Origin: an uncultured Gemmatimonadales bacterium
GTDB lineage: Bacteria; Gemmatimonadota; Gemmatimonadetes; Gemmatimonadales; GWC2-71-9
DNA length: 64,000 nt
NCBI GenBank assembly: GCA_963798915.1
Contig: CAWCVB010000002.1
Location: 672,001 to 736,000 of the forward strand
Reading direction: 5' to 3'
Shown here: positions 18,597-27,801 of the stretch, one piece after another
How positions within the stretch are numbered: position 1 is the first letter of the stretch
Layout of the letters: each line of letters opens with the position of its first letter
Made by a program: the position numbers and the translations under genes
The notes under the pieces: model-generated
Seen by the model: the letters and a program-made list of their open reading frames with translations, nothing else
Told to the model about the DNA's origin: nothing
Databases searched by the model: none

Positions 18597-19413
18597 CGGG
18601 CCCGCTCACTCGACGATCCCTCCGATCGATCCACTGCACGAAAAGCATACCCGCTGTCACCAGGTAGATGAGCCCGGCCGGTATCCACATGATCAGGCCC
18701 GCCACCTGCTGGTCCTGCATTGGTGTCAGGCCCCAGGCGGCAGTCGCCGCTGCATGCACGGCATACCACGGTGATCGCGAAAGCGTCAGCAGCGCACCGA
18801 GCAGCCCGCACTGGAGCCCGGCGGTAAAGACGTACAGGATCCCAAGCCCCCGGTCCATGCGGCGTCCGGGATGGCGAAAGAGCAGCCACCAGAAGGCGAA
18901 GCCGGTGCAGAGGAAGGATGCGTGCTCGAGCGCATGAATGGTCTCATGGCGAACTGCCGCATCGTAGGCGCGCGGCAGGTGCCAGCTCCAGAGCACGATG
19001 GCGCTGGCGACCCAGACGCTGGCCGGCCGCAGGGCCTGCCGGACCAGCGCGCGGAGCCCGTCGGTGGCTCGCCACCACCTGCCCAGCCAATGCCGCCATC
19101 GTCTCGGTAGTGCCCAGAGCGAGATATGAACTGGCGCTGCCATGACCAGGAGCGGCGGCGCCACCAGCAACAGCAGCAGGTGCTGCACCATGTGCGCGGA
19201 GAAGAGCACGTGACCCAGTTCGTCGAGGGGGGAGAGCAGCGCCAGAACCAGTACCATCAGTGCCGCCGCCGCACTGACGACGCGCCACATTGCCACCCCC
19301 CTGCCGCGGCCGGCCCGGTGCCAGAGACGCGTGATACCGGTGCTGTAGACGGCCGCGCCGCATGCGAGCCCGGCCATCACACCAGGATGGAAGTCCCAGC
19401 CGATCGTCAACAC
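18289..19413 (-). CDS. ctaG: Caa3-type cytochrome c oxidase assembly factor CtaG (3' end runs ~300 bp into the opposite gene; conserved part ends near 18620)
   Basis: LFSAHMVQHLLL, WSWHLP, HALEH, DQQVAGLIMWIP. Confidence 0.85.
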   Translation of the reverse strand: MLTIGWDFHPGVMAGLACGAAVYSTGITRLWHRAGRGRGVAMWRVVSAAAALMVLVLALLSPLDELGHVLFSAHMVQHLLLLLVAPPLLVMAAPVHISLWALPRRWRHWLGRWWRATDGLRALVRQALRPASVWVASAIVLWSWHLPRAYDAAVRHETIHALEHASFLCTGFAFWWLLFRHPGRRMDRGLGILYVFTAGLQCGLLGALLTLSRSPWYAVHAAATAAWGLTPMQDQQVAGLIMWIPAGLIYLVTAGMLFVQWIDRRDRRVSGPAMPPAERQSAPPPPGSPAEAGHPPLPIPAPPPLRARPGRVRGEVHGRSAGGPCRERGRRPSSARPARHSGRGARTPARHRPLPPPTGVLTPLPRAGHCRMSR

Positions 19414-19754
19414 AGCGGCGCCAGCACAAGGGCAATCGCAAAGAAGACAAGCCCGCCAAGGAACAGCAGGTTCAGGAATATTCCAGCTCGTGCCATGAAG
19501 CGGATGCGCCGGGCGTGCGGGCCATCAGCCTGACGGAAGGCACGGACAGACGCCCGGAAGGACCACGCGCTCGCCGCGGTCGCCGCGATCGTAATTCCGG
19601 CTAGCAGCCACCATCCCGGGCCGAACCGCGACATGCCTGCCGGTGATCGCAGGCACCGGGCGGCTCCGATGGAGACGACAAGCAACAGGTCGCCACTCCA
19701 GGCCGCCGCAGCACCGAATGCCGCCAGCCAGAGCGTGCGCGCGCTGGTACTCAC
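19407..19754 (-). CDS. Small 3-TM membrane protein of the oxidase operon
   Basis: GTG overlapping the coxIII stop; hydrophobic helices; ends ...LAPLC. Confidence 0.7.
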   Translation of the reverse strand: MSTSARTLWLAAFGAAAAWSGDLLLVVSIGAARCLRSPAGMSRFGPGWWLLAGITIAATAASAWSFRASVRAFRQADGPHARRIRFMARAGIFLNLLFLGGLVFFAIALVLAPLC

Positions 19755-20350
19755 AGGCCGAATCGCGGGCTCAGGTACAGTGACGTGAAGACCGCGATCC
19801 ACACGGCATCAACGAAATGCCAGTACAGCGCCGCATTGTGGAGGTAGTGTCGATGCGTCCGATCCAGCTGGCCTCGCAAGGCCATGGCGAGCACAAAGCC
19901 CAATACGAAGAGACCCACCAGTACGTGCGTCCCATGCAGCCCGGTGACGATGAAGAACACCGATCCGTATGCGTGGCTCGCAGGGGTAAAGGTCTGCTTG
20001 CTGTATTCGACACCCTGCAAGGCCAGGAAGGAGGCACCAAGGATGATCGTCGCGGTCAGGCCCAGCCATGACCGCTGCAGCTGCCCGCGATCCAGGTTCC
20101 GCTCCGCCCACCAGAGCGCAACGCTGCTGGCAAGCAGGAGCCCCGTGTTGGGGAGTGCAATGGTGAGTTCCGGCGGCCCGCCTGGGGGCCACGGTGTGGC
20201 GGACCGTGCCGCCAGGTAGAAGTAGCTGAAGAGCAGGTAGGCAAAGAGCGATGCTTCCGTCACGATCAGGAGCAGCATGCCCCACTGGCCCGGCGGGTGC
20301 GGCTCGGCGGCCTTTCCGACCGGCATGGAGGCGAGCGTGGAAGCCGTCAT
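19751..20350 (-). CDS. ctaE: Cytochrome c oxidase subunit III (short form)
   Basis: LIVTEASLF, YGSVFFIVTGLHGTHV, LYWHFVDAVW. Confidence 0.92.
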   Translation of the reverse strand: MTASTLASMPVGKAAEPHPPGQWGMLLLIVTEASLFAYLLFSYFYLAARSATPWPPGGPPELTIALPNTGLLLASSVALWWAERNLDRGQLQRSWLGLTATIILGASFLALQGVEYSKQTFTPASHAYGSVFFIVTGLHGTHVLVGLFVLGFVLAMALRGQLDRTHRHYLHNAALYWHFVDAVWIAVFTSLYLSPRFGL

Positions 20351-22275
20351 GGCGCGCGCTCCGGCGACATCCGCTCACCACGATCCTCGAGATGCACGGC
20401 ATGTGCTCCGGGCCAGAGCCACGCGCCGACACACACTGCGCTGGCCACCGCTCCAATCACCGCCAAGACCCATTGACTGAAGAGCAGTGCGTAGAACAGC
20501 ACCAGGAGGGCGACGGCCAGGTAGAACGGCCAGAGGCTGTCGCCTGGCATCGGGAGGATGGCAGTCGGCTCGGCGTCCAGGGCCGAGGTGCTGACCGCCT
20601 GGTGGCCATCGTCGAGCGCCGGGCCCTGGTCCAGGACCGTGCCGCCGCCGCCCAGGTCTGCCTCCCAGAGCGGATGACGGCTCGCCACGCGCGGGATGCA
20701 GGCAAAGTTGTAGGGCGGCGGCGGCGATGGCGTCGACCATTCCAGTGTGCCCGCGCCCCAGGGATTGCCCTCCGCGGGCACGCCATGATGCCGGCTTCGC
20801 CAGACATTCACCAGGAAGAGCAGGACGCCGAGGGCGAAGGCAAAGGATCCCGCGGTCACCACCAGGTTCCACGGACCCCACCCCAGCCCGGCGGGATAGG
20901 TGTAGATCCGGCGGGGCATGCCCAGGAAGCCCAGGATGTGCATGGGGAAGAAGCCCACGTTGAACCCGAGCAACATGAGCCAGAAACTCCACCGGCCCAG
21001 CCGCTCCGACATCATGCGGCCGGTCATCTTGGGGAACCAGTAGTGCACCGCAGCAAAGACCGGGAAGAGATTGATGCCGACCAGCACGTAGTGCAGGTGG
21101 GCAACCACGAAATACGAATCGGTGGCCTGCCAGTCGAACGGCACCGCCGCCGTCATGGAGCCGCTCACTCCCCCGATGACAAAGAGGATGATGAACCCCG
21201 CCAGGAAGAGGAACGGCGTCCGGAAGACGGGCCGGCCCTGCCAGATGGTCGCGATCCACGCGAATACCGACACCGCGCTGGGCACCGCGATCACCATGCT
21301 GGCGCCGCTGAAGAAGGAAAGTGAGACGGTCGAGAGTCCGGTGGCGAACATGTGGTGCACCCACACGCCAAAGCCAAGAATGCCGACGGCCACCGTGGCG
21401 AGGGCGACGTAGGCGTAACCGACAAGCGGCCGGCGACAGAACACCGGGATCATGTCCGATGCCATGCTCATGGCTGGCAGGACGATGATGTAGACCCAGG
21501 GATGCCCGAAGATCCAGAAGAGGTGCTGCCAGAGCAGCGGCTGTCCGCCATGCGCCGCGTCGTAGAAGTGGGTCCCGAAGTGGCGATCGAGGTACAGGAA
21601 CAGACAGGCGGCCGTGAGTGAGGGGAGCGCGAACAGGATCGAGACCGATGCCGTCACCGTGCCCCAGAGCAGGATGGGCAGGCGGTCGAGCGACATGCCC
21701 GGCGCCCGCATCTTGAAGAACGTGACCACGAAATTGATGGCGCCCACTGTCGTGGACATGCCGAGGAAGATCATCCCCAGGGCAAAGAAATCGATGTTGG
21801 GTCCCGACAGGTAGCTGGAAGAGGCGAGCGGCACATAGTTGAACCAGCCGGCATTCGGCGCCAGCCCCAGCGGGAAGCTGGTATAGAGAAAGATGCCGGC
21901 GGCCAGGAAGAGCCAGTAGCTCAGCGCATTCACCCTGGGGAAGGCCATGTCGCGCGCGCCGATCATCAGTGGCCAGAGGTAGTTGCTGAAGCCCGACAGG
22001 ATCGGCAGCGCAAACAGGAAGAGCATGGTGACGCCGTGCATCGTGAACAACTGGTCATACGCCGCCGGCGAGACGAGCGATGCGTCCGCATGGGCAAGCT
22101 GGATGCGCATCACCAGCGCCTCGAGTCCGCCCAGCACGAGGAAGGCAAAGGCCGTCACCAGGTAGCGAATGCCGATGACCTTGTGATCCACGCAGGCGAG
22201 TGCCCCGAGGGCCCCGGGCGGCGTTTCCCACAGGCGATGAAGCCGTTCGCGCGCGTCGAGGCACGGCGCCGTCAC
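20347..22275 (-). CDS. ctaD: Heme-copper oxidase subunit I, A-family scaffold with atypical proton channels
   Basis: TMHG, GHPWVY, WVHHMF, AHLHYV, GMPRR; GTG 22275 overlaps the coxII stop. Confidence 0.95.
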   Translation of the reverse strand: MTAPCLDARERLHRLWETPPGALGALACVDHKVIGIRYLVTAFAFLVLGGLEALVMRIQLAHADASLVSPAAYDQLFTMHGVTMLFLFALPILSGFSNYLWPLMIGARDMAFPRVNALSYWLFLAAGIFLYTSFPLGLAPNAGWFNYVPLASSSYLSGPNIDFFALGMIFLGMSTTVGAINFVVTFFKMRAPGMSLDRLPILLWGTVTASVSILFALPSLTAACLFLYLDRHFGTHFYDAAHGGQPLLWQHLFWIFGHPWVYIIVLPAMSMASDMIPVFCRRPLVGYAYVALATVAVGILGFGVWVHHMFATGLSTVSLSFFSGASMVIAVPSAVSVFAWIATIWQGRPVFRTPFLFLAGFIILFVIGGVSGSMTAAVPFDWQATDSYFVVAHLHYVLVGINLFPVFAAVHYWFPKMTGRMMSERLGRWSFWLMLLGFNVGFFPMHILGFLGMPRRIYTYPAGLGWGPWNLVVTAGSFAFALGVLLFLVNVWRSRHHGVPAEGNPWGAGTLEWSTPSPPPPYNFACIPRVASRHPLWEADLGGGGTVLDQGPALDDGHQAVSTSALDAEPTAILPMPGDSLWPFYLAVALLVLFYALLFSQWVLAVIGAVASAVCVGAWLWPGAHAVHLEDRGERMSPERAP

Positions 22276-23195
22276 CGCAGCCCCCTGAGGTATCGGTTTA
22301 CATCCGTCGTCTCTTGATCGGTGAGTCCGGTGCGGGGCATGAGCACTCCCGGCTTGATGGAATCGGGAGCCGAGAGCCACCGGTCGAGTGCCGCTGCCGT
22401 GTTTGGAAGGACGCCAGCGGCAATGGTGGCCCGGCTGGCCAGGTGAGTCAGGTCCGGACCTGCGTCGCCGTCAGCCGCAGAGCCTCGGATCGTGTGGCAC
22501 GCGGCGCAGCCTCGCTCGAAGAACAGGCTGTCCGGGGCCGTGCGCGCTGGCTCGCGCTGGCGGTGTTCCCAGCGGGCAAAGCCCGCCCCGTCATCCACGA
22601 CCACCGCGAGCCGCATGTTGGCGTGCGCCAGCCCGCAGAACTCCGCACACTGTCCATAAAGGCGCCCTGCCGAGTCGGCCTCGATCCACATCGTGTTGGT
22701 CTGGCCAGGAATGAGGTCGGTCTTCCCGGCGAGCGCCGGCACCCAGAAGCTGTGGATCACGTCGCCAGACAGGAGCTGGAGGCGCACCCGCATGCCGGCG
22801 GGGATATGGAGCTCGTTGGCGGTGACGAAGTCCGTCGCGCCGGACGGCGCCAGGTATTCGAGTTTCCACCAGTAGCGATAGCCGGTGACGCGAACGGTCA
22901 ACCCGGGATCGCGACCGCCACGGGCATAGTCGGTGAGCACGGTCAGGGTGTAGGCAAAGATGCCGAGGAGAATGACCACCGACACGCCAGCGCCGATCAC
23001 GATCCACCGACGTCCCGCGGCCTCGCCGTCGTCCGAGATGCCGACCGCGGGCACGCGGCGGCGGAACAGCGCCATCAGCAGGAGGCCCGCGACCACCAGT
23101 ACTACTACAGTGGCCGTGGCGGCGAGCACCCAGCTCAGCCGCCCGATGGCGAGCGAGGAAGCGCTGCCGTGCGACACGATCGTTGGCGCGCTCAT
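22272..23195 (-). CDS. ctaC: Cytochrome c oxidase subunit II with fused cytochrome c (caa3 type)
   Basis: DVIHSFWVP, CuA motif CAEFCGLAHANM, heme-c motif CAACH...MP. Confidence 0.93.
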   Translation of the reverse strand: MSAPTIVSHGSASSLAIGRLSWVLAATATVVVLVVAGLLLMALFRRRVPAVGISDDGEAAGRRWIVIGAGVSVVILLGIFAYTLTVLTDYARGGRDPGLTVRVTGYRYWWKLEYLAPSGATDFVTANELHIPAGMRVRLQLLSGDVIHSFWVPALAGKTDLIPGQTNTMWIEADSAGRLYGQCAEFCGLAHANMRLAVVVDDGAGFARWEHRQREPARTAPDSLFFERGCAACHTIRGSAADGDAGPDLTHLASRATIAAGVLPNTAAALDRWLSAPDSIKPGVLMPRTGLTDQETTDVNRYLRGLR

Positions 23196-24610
23196 GGCCC
23201 CTGGCCTGTCGGCTCACGCCGCCGTGTCACAAGAAAGGCTCGCAAGGTGTCGACCTGGCCTGCCGAGAGCACCTTGCCGAACGCCGGCATGTTGTGGCCG
23301 CCATTCTCGATCCATTGGGCGATCTGGGGCCCGGGCAGGCGATCACCCACATGGGTGAGGTCTGGGCCGCGGATTCCTCCCAGGCCAGCGATGCGATGGC
23401 AGTTCTCGCATCCCCGGCTGTGAAAGAGCACCGCACCGCGCTGCACGGCCACGTCGCTTGATGCGACAACGGAGTCCGGCAAGAGCGGGGCGTCGAAATG
23501 GGGTGACCACGGAGCCCTGACCCCGAGCCGCCAGAAGACGCCGACACCCGCGACGATGACCAGGACGGACACGAGCGCCCACGGCCGTCGCCGGACATGG
23601 CGTTCGCCCCGGTTGAAGAGAATGGGGAGCAGCAGCAGGACGAGGCCGCCCGTGAGCGGCAGGATCCAGATGAGGTACTCCTCGGACCCATGCGGCAGTA
23701 CCGCGAGGATGGCGAAGTACCAGAGCAGGTACCAGTCCGGCCGTGGCTGGGCATCAACCAGCGAAGGATTGGGCGGCTTGCCGAGAGGCTTGGGGCCAAT
23801 GACAATCGCAAGCCCGAGCACGATCAGCACCACCACGAGCGCAAAGACCACGTCGCGCCAGGCCGCGTCCGGCCAGTAGGGGACGCCGCGCTCGTTCAGG
23901 AGCTGCTGGTAGTCCGCCTGGTAGGTGGCAGGGTCCACCGGCCGGCCCGGCTCCGCGGGCTCCGAGATGCCATGCCGGATCACGAGATACAGGTGGAGCC
24001 CGATCAGCAGAATGATGAGCCCCGGTACGACGAAGACATGGTACGCAAAGAGGTGGCTCAGCGTCGCGGCGCCGATTCGCTCTCCCGCGAGGATGAAACG
24101 TGCAAGGGCGTGCCCGAAGAACGGCACCCGTCCCGCCTGTTCGGCGGCCACCACGGTGGACCAGACGCCGTCCTGGTCCCACCGAAGCACCTGACCACTG
24201 AATCCCATCACGATGGTCAGGCCGAGGAGCACGACGCCCGAAATCCAGTTGAGCTCACGCGGGAACTTGAACGATCCCGTCAGGAACACCCGGATCGCGT
24301 GCACGCCGATCAGCAGGATCATGGCGGACGCGCCAAAGTAGTGCAGGCCGCGGAGCACGCGCCCGAGCAGTGCCTGATGGGAGATGTACTGGAGGCTCTG
24401 GTAGGCATCCCCGGCTGCGGGGACATAGATGGTGGCCAGGGCGATGCCGGTCACAACCTGCAGCAGGAACGCCGCCAGCACGGCACTGCCGAAGACGTAT
24501 TTCCAGCGTGCGCCGGGCGGTACCTTGTGCCGAAGCACCGGAAGGATGTTCTCCCGGAACCCGATCCTGCGATCGAGCCAGTCGAGCAGGCGACGCCACG
24601 CGCCGCTCAT
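23192..24610 (-). CDS. qcrB: Cytochrome b of a bc complex with C-terminal fused cytochrome c
   Basis: RGLHYFGAS...VH, AYHVF...LHL, PDWY Qo motif, CENCH...MP. Confidence 0.9.
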   Translation of the reverse strand: MSGAWRRLLDWLDRRIGFRENILPVLRHKVPPGARWKYVFGSAVLAAFLLQVVTGIALATIYVPAAGDAYQSLQYISHQALLGRVLRGLHYFGASAMILLIGVHAIRVFLTGSFKFPRELNWISGVVLLGLTIVMGFSGQVLRWDQDGVWSTVVAAEQAGRVPFFGHALARFILAGERIGAATLSHLFAYHVFVVPGLIILLIGLHLYLVIRHGISEPAEPGRPVDPATYQADYQQLLNERGVPYWPDAAWRDVVFALVVVLIVLGLAIVIGPKPLGKPPNPSLVDAQPRPDWYLLWYFAILAVLPHGSEEYLIWILPLTGGLVLLLLPILFNRGERHVRRRPWALVSVLVIVAGVGVFWRLGVRAPWSPHFDAPLLPDSVVASSDVAVQRGAVLFHSRGCENCHRIAGLGGIRGPDLTHVGDRLPGPQIAQWIENGGHNMPAFGKVLSAGQVDTLRAFLVTRRREPTGQGP

Positions 24611-25122
24611 TCGATGATGGGAATCGGCCGAGTCCAGACCTCCACCTGGCCATTCCGGACTCGAACGGGATGATGTTTCAGCGGTTCAGGGGGAGGACCG
24701 GCGGCAACCTGGCCATCACGGTAGAAGACGCCACCGTGGCAGGGGCACATGAAGAGGTCGGCATCGGGCAGCCAGCGCACCGGGCAGCCGAGGTGCGTGC
24801 AATCCAGCGAGAAGGCGGTGAAGCTCCCGTCCTGTTCGCGGCGGAGCCAGGCGCCCATTTCGGATGCGACGCCGGACCAACGCTCGGGCGACGGGTCGCG
24901 GAAAGTCACTTCCACCGTGGCGCCGGCGGAAAAGCCGGCCTCCGGACCCACCGGGCGCCACACCCCGCGGCGTGCGCGCACGATCGGCCCCAGGAGCGTC
25001 GCCACTGGCGGCAGTGCCACCACTGCAGCGGCGAGCGCCCCCAGTGCCAGTGAGATCCGGGAAAGAAATGCACGCCGCTCGACCCCATCGTGGGTCTCGC
25101 GGCCTGGGGAATTCATGAGCAT
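24607..25122 (-). CDS. qcrA: Rieske iron-sulfur subunit
   Basis: Tat motif RRAFL, CTHLGC, CPCHGG. Confidence 0.92.
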   Translation of the reverse strand: MLMNSPGRETHDGVERRAFLSRISLALGALAAAVVALPPVATLLGPIVRARRGVWRPVGPEAGFSAGATVEVTFRDPSPERWSGVASEMGAWLRREQDGSFTAFSLDCTHLGCPVRWLPDADLFMCPCHGGVFYRDGQVAAGPPPEPLKHHPVRVRNGQVEVWTRPIPIIE

Positions 25123-25262
25123 GAACCTTCCCGTGGCCGCAACACGCGGCCCGCGGAGCCGTCAGTGCTCTGCGCACCCGGGAAACCTGCGAGTCATCCC
25201 TGCTGCAACGCCTGCATTTTCAACTTGAGCGTGCCCCTACAGCGATGCAAGGCCGCGCCGAA

Positions 25263-27068
25263 TCACCGCGCGGCTGGCGCCCGGGGTGTCCCGTCACGCG
25301 ACGGCTCCCGGCAGTGCTCGAGATCGAATGCGGTGTTGGTCAGCGCAATATGGGAGAGTGCCTGCGGGAAGTTGCCGCAGAGGCGGCCCTCAGCCGTGTC
25401 ATACTCCTCTGCCAGGAGGCCCACATCATTGGCCAGCCCGAGCACCCGCTCGAAGAGGGCAGTCGCGTCGTCGAGCCGCCCCATGAACGCAAGATCGCTC
25501 GCCATCCAGCAGCTGCAGGCAATGAAGGCGCCCTCGGCACCGGGAAGTCCGTCATCTGACGCCGAGGTGTCGTACCGCAGGATCAGCCCATCGCGCGACA
25601 GGTTGCGCTGGATGGCCTCGACGGTGCGCCGAACCCGTTCGTCGTCGTGCGGCAGGAAGCCGACCAGCGGCATGAGCAGGAGCGACGCGTCGAGCGCATC
25701 GGTGTCGTAGGCCTGAATGAAGGTGCCGCGTCGCCTGCTGTAGCCGCGCTGGCACACCTCGGCATGGATGGCGTCACGAAGCTGACGCCACCGGTCAAGC
25801 GGCGCGTTGGTGCCCAGTTGGGTCGCGATACGGATCGCGCGGTCGAACGCCACCCACGCCATGACCCGGGAGTGCGTGAAGTGCTGCCGCTCGCCGCGGA
25901 TCTCCCAGATGCCCTCGTCGGGCTCCTGCCAGACCTGCTCCAAGTGGCCGACCAGCCCGCAGATCAGCGCAAAGTCCAGTTCGCGCGAAGCGCCCAGTCC
26001 GCCCAGCGCATGGAAAAAGGCATCGGTGACCTCGCCATAGATGTCGAGCTGCAGCTGGCCAGCCGCGGCATTGCCGATGCGCACCGGCTTCGAGCCCGCG
26101 TATCCGGACAGCCAGTCGACCGTCCACTCGGGCACGTTCCGCCCGCCCCGAATATCGTAGAGGACCTGGACCTGATCGGGGCTGCCGGCCACGGCGCGGA
26201 GGAGCCAGCGCATCCAGTCACGCGCCTCCGCATGGCGGCCGCCATTGACCAGCGCGAGCAGCGTGAAGGTCGCATCGCGCAGCCAGCAGTAGCGGTAGTC
26301 CCAGTTGCGCGGACCGCCGAGCTGCTCCGGCAGAGACGTCGTGGGCGCCGCAACGATGCCGCCGGTAGGGAGGAATGTCAGCGCCTTGAGGGTGATGAGC
26401 GAGCGCTCCACCGCGGGACGATAGCGCCCCTGGTAGCTGCAGTTCTCGACCCACCGGGTCCAGAAGTCACGCGTCTCGGCGAGCGCCGCATCCGGATCAA
26501 TGGGGCGGGGCGTTTCCAGGTGAGAGGCGCCATAGGTCAGGACGAACGGTACGCACTCATCGGGGCCCACGGTGAATTCCGCATGGGTCCGCAGGTCCTC
26601 ACTGGTGAGCGGAACCGGGGTTCGCAGGACCACCAGGTCCGGGCCACCCACCGCTGTCCACCCTGACTCCTCGTGACGAACCCAGGGCACCAGGCTTCCG
26701 TAACTGAACCGCACGACCAGCTCCATGCGCATTGGCACCCGGCCGCGGATCCCGCGCACCAGGCGCACTACATCGGAGTTCTCGCCGCGGAGCGGCATGA
26801 AGTCCAGCAGCTGGACCGTGCCGTCGGGCGTCTCGAAGGTCGTTTCGAGTATGAGCGAGTGAGCTTCGTACCGGCGGTGGGTGGCGGTGATTTCGCCGGC
26901 GGGGCCCAGGCGCCAGAACCCGTTGTCGTCATCGCCGAGCAGGCGGCCAAAACAGGAGGTGGAACTGAAGTCGGGCCAGCAGAGCCAGTCGATGCTGCCG
27001 TCGCGCCGGACCAGCGCGGCGGTCTGGCAGTCACCGATCAGGGCATAATCTTCAAGTGGTGCGCTCAC
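25263..27068 (-). CDS. GH15 glycoside hydrolase (trehalase/glucoamylase-like)
   Basis: LEDYALIGD, AAPTTSLPE, RNWDYRYCWLRD, GIWEIRG, LLAEE, GNFPQALSH. Confidence 0.93.
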   Translation of the reverse strand: MSAPLEDYALIGDCQTAALVRRDGSIDWLCWPDFSSTSCFGRLLGDDDNGFWRLGPAGEITATHRRYEAHSLILETTFETPDGTVQLLDFMPLRGENSDVVRLVRGIRGRVPMRMELVVRFSYGSLVPWVRHEESGWTAVGGPDLVVLRTPVPLTSEDLRTHAEFTVGPDECVPFVLTYGASHLETPRPIDPDAALAETRDFWTRWVENCSYQGRYRPAVERSLITLKALTFLPTGGIVAAPTTSLPEQLGGPRNWDYRYCWLRDATFTLLALVNGGRHAEARDWMRWLLRAVAGSPDQVQVLYDIRGGRNVPEWTVDWLSGYAGSKPVRIGNAAAGQLQLDIYGEVTDAFFHALGGLGASRELDFALICGLVGHLEQVWQEPDEGIWEIRGERQHFTHSRVMAWVAFDRAIRIATQLGTNAPLDRWRQLRDAIHAEVCQRGYSRRRGTFIQAYDTDALDASLLLMPLVGFLPHDDERVRRTVEAIQRNLSRDGLILRYDTSASDDGLPGAEGAFIACSCWMASDLAFMGRLDDATALFERVLGLANDVGLLAEEYDTAEGRLCGNFPQALSHIALTNTAFDLEHCREPSRDGTPRAPAAR

Positions 27069-27180
27069 GTCGCCTCGCGTCATGCGTGAATGGTCGTGCC
27101 ATCACGAGGGAAGTCCCAGATCGAAACGGATGGCGGCGCCCGGCAGGCGGCGGCATGTGGCGGAGGACACGGTCACACCA

Positions 27181-27201
27181 TGCGACATGCCTTATGTTGC
27201 A
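27181..27201. promoter_or_regulatory. Palindromic operator/UAS candidate TGCGACAT-N5-ATGTTGCA
   Basis: 7 of 8 positions form an inverted repeat, midway between divergent genes. Confidence 0.5.
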
Positions 27202-27296
27202 AAAGTATGCCGTTGCGGCGGTCCATGCATGCAGCCTGCAGTCACTGTATTTCCGCCCGAACGGCCATCTGACGACTGATTTCCGGTCAGGCCGCC

Positions 27297-27311
27297 TGGC
27301 ATGACTGCAGC
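27297..27311 (+). promoter_or_regulatory. sigma54-like -24/-12 promoter (TGGCATG-N4-CAGC)
   Basis: GG and GC at canonical spacing, ~30 bp before the ASRT ATG. Confidence 0.4.
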
Positions 27312-27342
27312 CGCGGCCGCCGGACGTGAAGGGATATTCCGC

Positions 27343-27726
27343 ATGGCAACCCCACCCGGTCGCACTCGGTGGGCCATCGCCGAGGGCTACATCCCCGGCT
27401 GGAGCACCGGTCCGGAGCCGCAGTTCACCAGCCACGAGACCGCCTGCATCCTCAACGCCGGGCCGACGCCGGCCCACGTCACGATCACGGTGTACTTCAG
27501 CGATCGCGACCCTGCAGGCCCCTATCGCCTGACCGTGCCGGCGGCGCGCACCCGGCACATTCGCTTCAACGATCTTACCGATCCCGAGCCGATTCCGCGG
27601 GACACCGACTACGCCAGCGTCCTCGAGTCGGACGTCCCGGTGGTGGTCCAGCACACCCGCCTTGATTCGCGACAGGCCGAGAACGCACTGCTCTCGACGG
27701 TTGCCTATGCCGACAGCCCGTCCTGA
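27343..27726 (+). CDS. ASRT (Anabaena sensory rhodopsin transducer) family protein
   Basis: GRTRWAIAEGYIP, SHETACILN, RTRHIRFNDL, PVVVQHTRLDSRQAENALLST. Confidence 0.9.
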   Translation: MATPPGRTRWAIAEGYIPGWSTGPEPQFTSHETACILNAGPTPAHVTITVYFSDRDPAGPYRLTVPAARTRHIRFNDLTDPEPIPRDTDYASVLESDVPVVVQHTRLDSRQAENALLSTVAYADSPS

Positions 27727-27801
27727 CTCGCCAGTCAGGCCGGGCCTTGAACTCCTGCCGTGTGCCGCCGGGGTGGTACGCCGCGGGGAAAGGTCACAGC
27801 A

